A stretch of 64,000 nucleotides of DNA from Botryllus schlosseri (GCA_051294905.1 CM119376.1:14756001-14820000), one strand, 5' to 3'; counted from the stretch's first letter, positions 1 through 13,088 are shown. Numbers and translations are program-made. Notes: generated by a model not told the origin, from the sequence alone.

Positions 1-874
1 CTGGCCGCAAAAGGTATAATTTTGGTTCGACACGGTGACAGAGCTATCTGTTAATATGTATGTGATATTTGATGAATTTATTACAAAAAATTCAGCGATA
101 GTTTTTAGATATCAAAGGTCACTGTGTTGTGTACTATAGCCAATGAGTGAGACACGTAGAAGATACGGCTTGATTATAAGAATCTGCCGAACTGTTTGAA
201 TTCATGATAAGATTTGTCCGACTGGTTTTTCTTGAAGGCTGCTGGTAGGGATGGTGTGAACGTGAGGTTCACGTTCGCGTTCTGTGTGTGAACCTCGGAA
301 ATTTAGAGGTTCACGTTCACAACAGAACCTTGGTAGGTTCTGCACTGTGAACCTTTTCATATATTACAATTTTCAGGTCATTATTACATCTTTGGTTCGA
401 ATTTATTGCATTTCAACTGCGGGCCACTCTATACATGATGCTGGCTGAATAAAAAATCAACACAAAACGAACACGCCCATTGACAATCTAAAAATTTTAT
501 TTGTTTTAATGGTTACAAAAGTTTGCTCGAAATATCCAGCTTTCCGGTTGTGGATATTTAGTGACTCTATGCTGTGGTATTGACCCGCAATCACACAACA
601 TCACTAGCAAAATACACTACATGTAGTCAGCGAATGATGCTTATCCAACCAATAGAGGAGATTGATATCGTTTTCTGATGTAACAAATATAGCAGGTTTA
701 CTGTATTATTAAAACCAAATCCGTGTGATTGAGGTGTTGGCTGCAGCTGTATAACTTGCAGGGTAATATCAGTAGCATGTATAGAAACCTGTTTTACACT
801 CTGCTCAATATCAATGTCGCAATAATCAGACGCCGAATGCATTATGGTATGGCCAAGACTTTTACGATGTAAAG

Positions 875-2018
875 CAGCGGTCGCCAACTCAAAATAGGTC
901 GCGGGCCACTTTTCCAAATTCCTGGAGGCCGCGGGCCGCATGACATCAATATCGATATAAAAGTAGGCAACGCAGTTCAACAACCACGTCTGATAACTCT
1001 ACGTTATTACAACGCTGTGCTTTCTAACATAGGCGACGGTTATAGTCACCACAAAAGAACTAATATTTTATTGAACAAACACAAATACAACAAAAAGTAT
1101 CATGATCATCAATGTCATTATATTTTGGACTATGAGCTGTACACGATACCTGACAATGACAACACTCTTTAGCCGCTAAAGCAGGGGTGGCCAACATTTT
1201 TGTAATTCACGGCCGCATTTCGCGTACTCATGTAGCCTGCGGCCGCATACCGGTGGTTAGTCGTGATAAACTAGCTGGGGCCAAATACTCACGTTATCAT
1301 GTCCATGTCCATTGCCGGTACACTCCGAACTAATCTATATGCACATATCGGCTTACTATGCGCACCAAATCGTTAGTAGTTATGTTGTAAAGAACCACAG
1401 AGAACCAATCTGTAGTCGCGCGAAGCGCGAAAAATTTTTCATGTTCATGAGTGAATTTCGTCAATAAATATTAGTATAGTTTCACATATTACTATGAAAT
1501 ATTTATCCTTTCTCGGCCAATGTGATCAGATTCCCAGATACAGCTGATGCAGGGGGTATCTGTGAAAACTTAGGGTTGTTATTACAAGTGTCGACAGCCG
1601 CATAATTTTCCTTCTACTGCTGCAGATTGGCCACCCATGGATTGAAGAATCAATATTGGGGTTAGCTATACACGGTAGGCCTACTTGCTAGACAACTATC
1701 TCCTCGTAAAGCATGGTCTTTTGAAGCGCCCGAAGTCGTTTTGCAGGCGTCTCGGTCTTGGCAGTGGTGGGCCATTGCACGTCAAGGCAATATGCCCATT
1801 CGTACCAGCAAATTCTTCATCCATGGAATGATATTACCATGCCGAAGCCGTATCAACTAGTGAGTAATAGTGATAGTGGGCACATAGAATGGCTCACTTT
1901 GAAAAACAACAACATTATGTTTCAACTGAAATCAATTTTAGCGTTTCAACATGATTTACTAAGCGTTTTTCTGAATTTTTTTCAAATCAGGTCGCGGGCC
2001 GCGTGTTGGAGACCCCTG
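875..2018. mobile_element. hAT Charlie/Buster-type non-autonomous element nested in family A copy 1
   Basis: Ends CAGCGGTCGCCAAC / GTTGGAGACCCCTG; perfect TSD ATGTAAAG (867-874, 2019-2026). Confidence 0.88.
1182..1639. mobile_element. Probable further Charlie-type MITE nested inside 875-2018
   Basis: Ends CAGGGGTGGCCAAC / TTGGCCACCCATG; flanks CGCTAAAG vs GATTGAAG do not form a clean TSD. Confidence 0.55.
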
Positions 2019-3669
2019 ATGTAAAGCTTATATTCCCTGGCAAGTCCTCGTCGAAATTGTCGGCAAAGCATCGGAAGATATTGATTTTATGGGATCATTA
2101 TATCATTTGATTGCCCCAGTTGCTACATTTAGCGACGTTTAAAACGCCAATATGTACTTCTGCATTGTGGCTTTATGTAGCCCGAGTCATCGCTAGGTAT
2201 CGTGTACAATAATATAGGCTATCACTACATTAAAAGATAGGGCTGGAATTAGCAATATGACGTCACGTAACGTCATGAGGTTCACGTTCGCGTTCACACA
2301 GAACCTTTCAAAAAGGTTCGCGTTCACACGAACCTGAACCTTTCAGAGGTTCACACCATCCCTAGCTGCTGGGATGAACTGGTGCAAGGGTGACGGGTGT
2401 GCAACGAGCGAGTTCAGGCCTATGAGACTCGCTCATTTCAAGGCCAGCCCCTTCTGCGTCGGGGAACATGAAGATGTAGAGATTTGGCCAGCATACCGCT
2501 GATAAAATGCGTTGCCAAAACATCAGCGGCGACAAAACCTTGGCCAAAAATGACCGTCGCTGGAAGGCCAACCCGTTCGATATGGATATTGGATATTCTC
2601 CGTTGATAACGGTCGGCAGCGAATAGTCCGGTTCTTGCAATCAAAGTAGACAGTAGCACAAATGCACAGCACAGAGGAATTATATTCACCTTAATTTGAA
2701 ATCAATAACAATCATTTACGATTTTCATCCGCGCAATTCGCACCACCGTCGTCATTCGCACTGCTAATTTTTTCATTCGCACTGCTAATTTTTTTATTCG
2801 CACAAGTGCCTACCATCCCACTGGTCGAAAAGCGCTGCACTGTTGGATAAATGTGATTCTTTTTCATCGTGACTATAATGATCTTAATTTTTCGAAGTAG
2901 CTCTAATTCAAGTCTCGCAATGGAGTATTGTTGTTGTTAGAAATAATTTGATTCGAGATGAATGAATTTGTTCGTCATGTTCTCTACCTTTGACCTCCTC
3001 TGATTTCATCGGCAATAGAAACTCTATTTTTGGTCAATCTTATATAACTACCTGATTACATTACTTACATGACCATTGACCATGTGTTCGTTAGTACCAT
3101 CCTTTCACGCGCATTCTTCCCACACTTAAGATTGAATGACAGTTTCGCAGCATAACTGTAAATCCCGACTCGGCTGCTATTGAAGTTTATAGATATGCGA
3201 TCATTTGGAATCTGATGTACACGCATTCGCACTATAAGCAAGTGAATGGGAATCCACGTGCCACAAAAACTCATCAGGGAAGGCGGATGAATAACGTGGG
3301 GTTAAAACTGCGGCCTGTTCCTAATCGAGGTCAAACGAAGTGAGGTACCTCGAAATCGAATACCGCGCGGATTATCGCAGACTATTCAGGTAAAAAGGGC
3401 ATGACCCTTAAGACGCGGAGAACTTCAAAAGCCACCCAGGATTTTAATATCTTTCCCGCTGTGACGTTATGAGATTCACGTATACATAACGCAGATTGGA
3501 AATGTAGCGTTCCGCTGCCGTCGAATTTTCCGTGGATTACGCCTTGCTCGCACTCGCAGGCGTCTCACCTCGTTTCTTCTTATTAGAGATTGCAATCAAC
3601 GCAGCAGCGCCGACCGTCATTCCGCAAATATTCGAGTCTTGAAACGCGGCTTGAACTTTGTCTAAAGAC

Positions 3670-3686
3670 AGTTCAGGAAAAGGTTA
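3670..3686 (+). promoter_or_regulatory. Candidate DR5 retinoic acid response element upstream of CYP26
   Basis: AGTTCA ggaaa AGGTTA, one mismatch to RGKTCA-n5-RGKTCA, ~3.4 kb 5' of the CYP26 ATG; CYP26 genes are known RA targets; function untested. Confidence 0.45.
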
Positions 3687-6600
3687 CCGCGTCACGCTCC
3701 ATGACTTCCAAAACAACCGCACACCAGAAATTTTCGATTTTCACCCAAAAACCGTTCCCGACGGCTCAGATCCTATCGAAAAATCACAACGAAGTTGTGG
3801 TGGTTTTACGATGCAATTGCTCAGTGGATATAACGATGTGGAGAGAATGGTAGATGAGTAGAGGGAATGTTAGCAACTGTAATTTCGGCTATTCATTGCG
3901 ACTATCTGCATCTACAGTAATTGTGTGATTATATCGAAATGAAGGTATAAGTAGAATCTGCATTAATCGACTGCTAAATTCTTCAAACAGCCTTACCTCG
4001 TATATTTGTCGTGATTTGTTCGCTTACCAACGAAATTATTGGTTGTATACTTGCAATTTCGCTATCGCCGTGACCATTTCTAGGTGAATCCATACATGTA
4101 TTCTCATCGAATGACAATGAGAAAATTTAGTTATGCCGTAGAGTTTCGTTGGAACAGAATAGTGCAATTGATTGCGATATGGAAGATAATTGCAAGTTGA
4201 TGTTGTATCGTGTAATTATGTACTCCCGTATTGAGTTTGGAATTTAGAAGCGCTTTTTCAAGATTTTAAAGTTGTTGATGAAAGTTGTGCTGCCGGCATC
4301 GGCGTATCGGGCCGGATGCTAATGGAAGATTAAATTGATCTATCGGCGTCGAGGGAGGTGAACCGTAAAGGTGAATGTTTTTCACGAATCCATGAAGTTT
4401 CAAATGTGAGGTTCAGCGTAGGGCAAAGATACATGATACATTTTAGTGAGTCCTCGTAGTACTATATCGAGGTGATGATTCATCAAAATTTGACACGACG
4501 ATACAACGCGCTATACTCAAGGTAATGCATGGTCTCGATTTGCGACTAGTATCGGTCTATAAACGCAGTGCGATTAACTGCAGAAGCCTACAATAGCTAC
4601 TGGCGTGCGTGCAAATACGAGGGGGTTTGATTTCTCACTTTTTGGATGTCACTCTTTTAGCTTTAAATATGAATTGATTGTTGTGAACTCACGCATGCAC
4701 GTGGTTACTGTATGTGTAACTAATCGTTGTTCGCCAATATCTACATATGATTTCTGTTTCTCCGAGCAACAGTGGAAATTGTCTACGGTCTGTAGATGCC
4801 GTTACAAGTGAATGTCACTAAACTGCAGTCCAAGACTAAAAACTACTGAATATTATTTTCCAAAACTCGGATACTTTACACAATCGGTCACTTGAAAACA
4901 AACTGCAATTTATTCAAAACCACAAAAGTCACGAGTCCAAATCCAATCCACACCCATTACCGAATTGTATCTGACACGCTGCGGGACAAACTGTGCTTGA
5001 GTTAAATCTGCAATAATTCTTTTTCGTTGACCTATCGCGTTTTGATGGTAACGTTTTTTCTTTAGCTAGCTCCAGCAGTAGACAGCAATAGATGACAGAG
5101 TTAAGCGCAATATAGGTTGTTAGCTTTATCTCCTCGCAATCGGCAAGAGTTCAGGACTTGACTCACACACGCGCTGGTATGACTATATTTTTGAACCCAT
5201 GCATACCTTGTACTTGTTATATGTTATGTTATATTCGGGCGAATATTGCCCACACGTTACTTCGGTCAATGCTCCCAATCGAAAGTCAACATGCACGATT
5301 CCACGAAAAGAATTGGATTGTCGTTGCAATCGATTGCGCGCGTTTACAAGAAAATTGACATCACCTAGACAGCGTATCACCTCGCCAGGCGTCAGATATT
5401 TTCGTCCCTTGTTGCGTAATGGATAATCGCGCTGATTCGACGACAGAGTTAAGTTTATTGTGAAAACTATCCGCTGCAGTGAAGGATTTGCTGATGCGTT
5501 CCACATTCACAAAAGACTTACGCTTCGTGTTTGTGATACTAAATCACTACAACCGGGAAACGAATTGATTCTTACGGCGTAGTTGAGAAAGATATTACCG
5601 TTGGGATAGGACATATTTCAGATCTCTTTGCTTTTTCCACGTACTGAATATTCATTTTATACCGGAGCTAAGACGCATTTAACGATGGCGTGTCTAACAA
5701 CGGTCGTCTTAAAAGTTTAGAGTTAGTCAATCGGATTGCCAATCATAAAATAATCCAGCGTGTAGCCGGAATTATAAAGGTTTAAACGGCGTCGTAAGCT
5801 GCGCGCTGCAAATCCTGTCTCAATTATTTCGAGAATTCCTTTGCTCATATCTTTCGCGCGGATCACCCTTTATAACAGGGAAGCGACAATTAGCCGCATA
5901 CGGTGCCATGGCCGTTAATTTATATTTCCTTCTTTGACTAACATGCTTTGCATATCTTCCCCTTCCAGCGGAGATTATATTCCCTCTTAAAATCAGCTTT
6001 TCGGCGAACCCCGTTTGCTGTTTGCTGTCCGTCAACATGACTGGATGTCGCGTGACCAATTGCGTTCCCCGTTGAGTAGATCAACTTCAAAAAGAATGCA
6101 GTAAAAAGATGAACGGCTAATTTCGCAACTACTGTTTTCGTGCGTGTATAAAGACCACATCTGCCGGTGCCATTACCGCGATCGCGCATGTTGCAGACTT
6201 ATGGAGGTTGTATTTCAGGTGATGGCTTACCGAATTAGCGACAAAATTCCTAGAGAAGGATAGCTAGACAACAACGTGAGAGGCGTAGACGCGGGTGGCG
6301 TGCCGACAGCTTTTCAAATATCGACTGCTACCAATCGGCCGGTGAGACCGTGGATAATATAATGACGCCGCGAGCCCGAATTGCCATCTGTTGGCGATAC
6401 GCGCTGAAATTCGAGTTGAACAAGTCATTTCGTAAAACACAAGTAGGGATTAGAAACTAATTTGTAAATAATTGAAATTTTTCAGTGCTCTCGACAGTAG
6501 TACCACTTTCTCCAAACATTTCAGATTATCTGCTCTTGAGACGGATTATGTTGCAGATACAGCCGTTCTTTTATGGTTCTAGCGTAGGTGTCTATGCGAC

Positions 6601-7082
6601 TGAAAGAGATAAGCGCCAACAGCCCGATTGCGAACGAGATGTTATAGTAAAGAAATGGAAATGTGGTCGCAGTTTTGCGAGAATCGGTATTCTGATTTGA
6701 GGCATAGATTGTTCGCAGGGGAAATAATTACGCAAAGTGAGTTCGACATCATTGTGCTGAAATAGTCCTATTAAACGTCGGTTATTGATTGTATAATCGG
6801 ATGTATATTATTCGGATGCCGGAGCTCGTTCACAGAGATATTCCAGACTTAACCATTGTTGCATCATGTTCGAAACTGTTGCTGTACTGAAGCTGTTGAT
6901 ATCAGCCATAAGCCTCATATGTAAAAACTATGACGGACGGAATCAAGTTTATTTATGTCGCTACAGGGCTAGTAACGCTATGCGAAAAATACATATCTAT
7001 TTACGGTGACTCTCCAATGAAGGAATGCGAAAAGTGACTTTTCGATCACCAAGGAATTGGTTGACTTGAAAATTCGATTGTG

Positions 7083-7268
7083 ATGATCTGGATAATTTGC
7101 TGGACCATTGTCGGGCCAATAGTTCTCTATCACGCATTCAAACTGACATGGCGATCTTATATTCTCTGGACTGCCCAGGACTCCACTTCTCCGCATCGAG
7201 ATTTACCGATACCCCCCGGAGATTTCGGAATGCCGATCATCGGAGAAACCCATCTGTGGGCCTTGCAG
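7083..7268 (+). CDS. CYP26: Cytochrome P450 family 26 (retinoic acid hydroxylase), coding exon 1: membrane anchor and proline-rich hinge
   Basis: MIWIICW...LPIPPGDFGMPIIGETHLWALQ resembles CYP26 LPLPPGSMGWPFFGETL..LQ; donor CAG|GTGAGG at 7269, phase 0. Confidence 0.9.
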
Positions 7269-7832
7269 GTGAGGCGAAACTGGAGTGTTGTACGTAGCTT
7301 TTCGTTGCAAACAGGAAGCACGACAATGATGGCCGCAGACTTTTGAAGGTAGCTTTAGCAACCACCGATCACTTTCGATGTAGCGAACGATCGTACATTC
7401 TGTGTTTGTGTACACAATCACTTGTTGAGCTGTACGTTGATGATTATTCCCACGGCTGCGTTATTTTGGGTGGAAACACGATTTACGTAAATGTTCGAGA
7501 TTCAACAGATTTTACACATTAATCTATTATTAAGAGCATATACTGAATCGTGAGACTGGTAGCAGTGTGGAAACATAACTAGATAGAGAATAACACGCCG
7601 TGATTGATGAACGCGGATAACAAATGAACATATTATGAGTTCGCTATGCTGCTGCGTGGTGTAAATTAGATAAAGAGCTTCCGTGTTGTTATGGAATAAT
7701 CATCACATATGGTTACAGTAATGGAGTTAGACGTGTCAGCGAACAGTCGCAGCTTTTTCCAATTCCGGCATAAAGCGCTGATCGTATATGCAATATCCGC
7801 CGAACGATTGATTCATCTGTCGCTTTCACCAG

Positions 7833-7940
7833 GGCAGCCGGTTCAATTCTAACCGGAGAATGAAATACGGAAAAGCGTTTTCCACGAACTTCATCGGCAG
7901 GACGATGGTCAAAGTCACGGGCCACGATTACGTGAAGCAG
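7833..7940 (+). CDS. CYP26: CYP26 coding exon 2 (not in supplied ORF track)
   Basis: cag|GSRFNSNRRMKYGKAFSTNFIGRTMVKVTGHDYVKQ|gt, matches CYP26 GS.F...RR.KYG.VF.T...GR....VTG; 108 nt, phase 0-0. Confidence 0.9.
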
Positions 7941-8002
7941 GTGTCCATTTTCCAAATACGCCCACAAGCGTAAATTTAAATCCACGTGGTTTCAAATTAC
8001 AG

Positions 8003-8194
8003 ATTCTGACCGCGAAGCACGAGACTTTGGCCACGATCTGGCCGACCACTGTGCAGACGATTCTCGGGAAAACGGCAATCGCGAATTCTGTTGGCAATTT
8101 GCATAAGCATCGGCGGAACGCTTTCCTAAAAGCATTTACGAGAGACGCGCTGAACAAGTACCTCCCTCACATTCAGGAAACTGTACGCGAAAAG
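8003..8194 (+). CDS. CYP26: CYP26 coding exon 3
   Basis: ILTAKHETLATIWPTTVQTILGKTAIANSVGNLHKHRRNAFLKAFTRDALNKYLPHIQETVREK; follows a 62-bp intron; phase 0-0. Confidence 0.92.
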
Positions 8195-8460
8195 GTGAGG
8201 AATAGTCGGAGGCTAGTCGCTGGTGAAGTTAAATCAACCCCATCCGTTTTCTGTCGTTGATCTAGTAACGGTTATCACTAGTTAAGTATGGCCTCTTGCT
8301 TGATGTGAGCTCGCAGTATGGGCAGTTTATAAATTGGCAAGGTTGATGAATTTCCGATTTAACCGTGAATCGGAATGATTGTCCTAACAACTGCGACTAC
8401 AAAGCGCGACTAGCACGTCGGCAATCGGGTACTCTGCTTTATGGTGACAAAAACGGGTAA

Positions 8461-9775
8461 AAGGGATGGTGTGCACCTCTGAAAGGTTCAGGTTCGTGTG
8501 AACTCGAATCTTTTTGAAAGGTTCTGTGTGAACGCCAACGTGAACCTCATGACGTCGCGCGACGTCATATTGCTAATTCCAACCCTTCATTTCAGTGAAG
8601 TGATATATTAATGTAAAACATGATTAAGCGGCGACTTGGGCCACATTATGCCACTATGCTGAAGTACATACTGACTTATCATCTGGAGCAATCAAGTGAT
8701 ATATTAATCCCATAAAATCAATATCTTCCGTTACTTTGCCAACAATTTCGACGAAGACTTGCAAGGGTCTTAACGGTTCAGGCTAGACCGGAATATGTAT
8801 TCGGCGTCTGAGTATTGCTACATTGATATTGAGCGGAGTGTAAAAAGGGTTTATTACTGATATTATCCCATTAACAAGTTATACAGGCGTAGCCAACACT
8901 ACGCAAGGATTTCTTTTTATGATACAACAAATATATGAAATCAAGATTGTTCCCGTACGCTAGGGTTACCATATTTTGGAAATCTGAAAAGAATTTTTAG
9001 AATTTTCAGACTTGCAAAACCGGAGGGGAATCCTGAAAAATGGTCAATTTTTCCCACTTCGTGGTAGGTTGACTAAAAAGTTAAATCAACTTTCTCGACC
9101 TGCGACGAAAATACAGTTTTTCCTCCACGTTATCAGATGGTTAACTTGAAAAAAAGGTCAACTTCCCCGTAAATACCCGCCAGAGCGTTACTTCGGTGCT
9201 GATTTACGGCTTCTCAGTCGAATTTGGCCGTAAATTTGACCAGAATTCTAAAAAAAGAGGACAAGGGGCGTCCTCCGAGGACACTTTCAAAAAAGTCAAT
9301 AAAGAGGACAAATCCCCTTAAAAGAGGACGTATGATAACCCTACCGTACGCCTGCTAGATTTGTTTCACATTAGACAACGATGAATTCTTTATATGAATT
9401 TCATTGACTGGTTAAAAAAACATCATTCGCGGACTATACCCACATGCAGCGTATTTTGTTCCTGATATTGTGTGATTGCGGGTCGTGCTCACAACAGAGA
9501 GTCACTAAATATTTACAAACGGAAAACTGGATGTTTCGAGCAAACTTCAGTAACAAGACAAGTGAAATTGTTGAGATTGTCAATGTGCAAGCTCGTTTAG
9601 TGTTTATTTTGTTATGCTGCAAAATGTTATAATGACGTGGAAAATTATAATATATGATAAAGGTTCACAGTGCGTCTGCAGAACCTACCAAGGTTCGTTT
9701 GCGAACGCGAACCTCTAAATTTCTGAGATTCGCACACAGAACGCAAACGTGAACCTCACATTCACACCATCCCTA
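8461..9775. mobile_element. Family A non-autonomous hAT, copy 2 (CYP26 intron 3)
   Basis: Ends AAGGGATGGTGTGCAC / TTCACACCATCCCTA; internal homology to other A copies, opposite orientation to copy 1; TSD only partial (GTAAA). Confidence 0.88.
8961..9343. mobile_element. hAT MITE family B (TIR TAGGGTKACCATA, Blackjack-like) nested in family A copy 2
   Basis: TAGGGTTACCATA / TATGATAACCCTA; perfect TSD CCGTACGC; GAGGAC subterminal repeats. Confidence 0.9.
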
Positions 9776-9927
9776 GTAAATATGTATCGATGTATCAATT
9801 AGACCCAATTTTTGAAATGACTTTGAAACACGCAACAGCTTGACATGGCGATCTGGACCGGATCAAGTCAGCGGTCTCATGTTCGAGGACGCGTTTGTAA
9901 TTGTTATTGTTATCATATCTCCTATAG

Positions 9928-10354
9928 TAGGGTCGCCATATTTTTAGATCCGAAAAAGGGGACGCTTTTCAAAAATTCTGAAAGCTACAGAACCGGCTAA
10001 AAAAAATTGGTGAATGTAAAAATATTTCTATCAATGCTTCTGTGTTGACTAAAAAAGGTCATCACTTTGTTTCGACTCCCGACTAACCCGCTAATTCACG
10101 ATACTTTTATAGTGTTGACTAAAAATAAAAAAGTCACCATTTTGATCGACTTCCGCATTACCCATTTTTATACAATTCTGCTTACCAATTTCGATTAGAA
10201 GTCGACTTTCTGTTGGCATTTTATTACTTTTTCTGAAAAAAATAAGGGTACAGATTCTCAAAAAAGAGGACATTTAGCCGTCCTCCGAGACCACTATCGA
10301 TTTTGTGAAAAAAAGAGGACAAATCTTTTTAGTGGAGGACGTGTGGTGACCCTC
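9928..10354. mobile_element. hAT MITE family B
   Basis: TAGGGTCGCCATA / TGGTGACCCTC ends and GAGGAC repeats; TSD degenerate. Confidence 0.75.
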
Positions 10355-11125
10355 TCCCACATCCATTAGCCATCCATATGCAGAGATGATCAGTGACTAA
10401 ATATCTTGTACTCGTTGGAGTACCCAAGTGAGTTTGGTCTTCATTAGATACTTACTTAAGTATCTATGTCTTTTTATATTACTTTCTCTTCTAGCTTTAG
10501 TACTCGCTTAGTACAATGAATGAACTTACCATGATGACTGGCTGTGGTGAATGATGGTGACAGATCATAATTCTGCCTTGGTCGCAAAAATGCATTTACA
10601 TAAATTGACTAATTAACGCTGCAGTAGACTCGGTGATCGACAGATCACTTCGTTGCAGCTTTATCTAGCAATCATAAAGCATATTGGCCTTATTTTATGA
10701 ACTGAACATCGTACACATCTCTCTTTGAACTTGACACTGTAACCATTTTTTTGTATGGGTCCATGTGTTTCTGATGTTTATGCTATCTTGTTGCCTGTTT
10801 TGTTATTTTGCGATGATGATGAATAATTTTTTTTTTCTCTCTCTCTTTCTCAATTTACTTCTCCAAACCAATTACTTGAATACATCGCAACGTCTACTTG
10901 TAACCGGAAAGAAATTTCCGGCCTTACTTCCACACTCGTCTGCTGTAATTGCCAACCATGACTATATAGCCTACTATGACCACACATGGATGATATTAGA
11001 GCACCCAACGAATTTGAGTTAATGTAATTTCCACTAAAACAGCCCCATACTGTTACGTATATTGTTTTTATTATTGATACCAAGGTTTGTAAATAGTGTT
11101 GGATCCGAATCGGTATCATTTTCAG

Positions 11126-11332
11126 ATGCAGTCTTGGTGCGCGGAAGGTTGCCGAGAGCAGTTGGTTTATCCGGAGACGAAGGAGCTTACATTCAACATT
11201 GCTTTTCGTGTGCTCGTGGGCCTTGACTTCAAAAGTCGCAATGAGCAAGTCGAGTTATTCAAGACATTTGACACGATGATAACAAATCTCTTCTCGCTAC
11301 CCTACGACCTTCCCGGATCCGGGTACCGTAAG
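11126..11332 (+). CDS. CYP26: CYP26 coding exon 4
   Basis: ttcag|MQSWCAEG...VYPETKELTFNIAFRVLVG...NLFSLPYDLPGSGYRK|gt; CYP26-like FSLP.DLP.SG..R motif; phase 0-0. Confidence 0.93.
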
Positions 11333-11513
11333 GTTCGACCAATCGCATCGTTGTTTTACAAACTAGTTTCTGTGGATATTTAAAATTTCCCATGCAGTTA
11401 TTCAACATGGTTTTCCGTTAACACGCATAACTTATTATGACTTCATTCCGATTATCAGCGTTGCAATATTGTGAAAAGCGTCCAGTTGACAGTTTGATGC
11501 CTTTTTCACACAG

Positions 11514-11677
11514 GCTTTGAAGGCAAAGAAGATAATTCATGGGATACTGGATGATCATGTCCGAAACCTTCGGAAACAAGTGGAAAGCTCGAACTGTCTC
11601 GGTGCTCCAACTGATACCGATGGGAATACCAGCGTTTTGAAAATAGTGTTGGAGGCACAAACGCCTCATAAGGAAAA
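11514..11677 (+). CDS. CYP26: CYP26 coding exon 5 (not in supplied ORF track)
   Basis: cacag|ALKAKKIIHGILDDHVRNLRKQVESS...TSVLKIVLEAQTPHKE-AA|gtaaat; phase 0-2, matching phase of next exon. Confidence 0.85.
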
Positions 11678-12083
11678 GTAAATATATATACATTTCATTG
11701 CATAAAATTGGATGGCGTTGGAACGCACTAATCGGTCAGCAAACTCTGCAACTCTGAAGGCAAATCCGGTTGTTACGATACAGATGCAATTGACTGCCTG
11801 CTCGCGCTGTTTACCATTTACAATGATTTGCAGTGCATGCAAATTGAGCATGACACATTTCACGCGATTCGAGTCGTTGCCGGAAAAATATCATCATCGA
11901 TATATCGGCCGCGATGCATCGTAACGCAATCAATAAAATAATTCGATAATACTAAAATTTCATGTCACATAACGTCACGTGCATCATTTGTTCCTCGGCC
12001 ATGTGCATGATATAATCCTATATCTACCCTAGTTCTAGTTCTATCTTTATACTGACCCACTACATACAAGATAGGTTATATAC

Positions 12084-12487
12084 TAAGGTGACCATACGTC
12101 CTCTTATAAGAGGATTAGTCCTCTTTTGTGACTTTTTTGAAAGTGTCATTGGAGGACGCCCAAATGTCCTCTTTTTAAAGATTTTGTCCTCTTTTTGAGA
12201 ATTTTAGGTAAATATAGGGCAAAATACAGTAAATCAGCACTGATTGCACTCCGGCGTCTATTTCGGGCGCTGGACCGGAAAGGTGACCTTTTTTAGTCAA
12301 CCAACTGATAATGTGAAAGAAAAACTGCATTTTGGGAGCTGAGCCAGAAAGTTGACCATTTTCTTTAGTCAACCGACCACAAAGTGCAAAATATTTATCA
12401 TTGTTTTAGGATTTTCCTTCAGTATTGCAAGTCTGAACATTTTAAAATAGTGTCCCCCTTTCACATTTCCAAAATATGGTAACCCTA
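12084..12487. mobile_element. hAT MITE family B (CYP26 intron 5)
   Basis: TAAGGTGACCATA / TATGGTAACCCTA; perfect TSD TTATATAC. Confidence 0.9.
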
Positions 12488-13088
12488 TTATATACTGTCA
12501 AAGAAGTCATGTATTCTAACTAAACCATGGCTACATTTTGCTTGCACCCATGCACGTGTTCTGTACACCCATTCTACTTGGTGTAAACGAGTCAATTAAC
12601 CAATTCTTGGGTGGTAGGGGTAAAGTCGCAGAATATTGTAGTATTCACAATGTATGCATATTTGTATTAGCAATATATAATCACCGGAGGCCTCATGAAA
12701 ATGCTAGGCTGCCTAAAAACTCCTCGTCTTGAGTTTGGCTAAACTTCAACCCGTAGAAGCGAAGTTAGTAGGGTAGAAAATTGTGAATTGAATGAGAAAA
12801 TTAAAAAAACTATTTTACTCAGATTTCACTGAGGACCCCATGAAATTGTTAGGTTTGCTCCAAAAACGCTGTTAAACAAAGTTAGCTCAATCCCAATCCG
12901 TAGAAGTGAAGATATTATAGTACAAATGTCAAAAAGAAAGTACTAACGATGGAAAACTAAATGTTGAATGGACATCCCGTTCCATAGAGAACTAATTTTA
13001 CTATTCGGTAAGTGTTATCCTACCCATTAGAACTGATCCATTTTAATGAATTGATTTCCTCTAGTCAATATAAGACTTTGTGCTTCAG

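Larger units (their letters stand above)
246..2364. mobile_element. Non-autonomous hAT element, family A (TIR TAGGGATGGTGTGAAC), copy 1, interrupted by nested elements
   Basis: TIRs at 246 and 2364; perfect 8-bp TSD GCTGCTGG (238-245, 2365-2372); GTTCRC/GTGAAC subterminal hexamer repeats; colinear with uninterrupted copy at 60212-61183. Confidence 0.93.

Noticed and set aside
627-2024. ORFs of 88-118 aa near the window start
   Set aside because: They lie within MITEs and cross insertion junctions.
7601-7608. TGATTGAT Pbx/Hox-like site in CYP26 intron 1
   Set aside because: A single AT-rich 8-mer that also occurs in repeats elsewhere (~25395); not distinguishable from chance.
9841-9854. 14-bp match TGACATGGCGATCT to CYP26 exon 1
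   Set aside because: Isolated; matches of this length are expected by chance within 64 kb.
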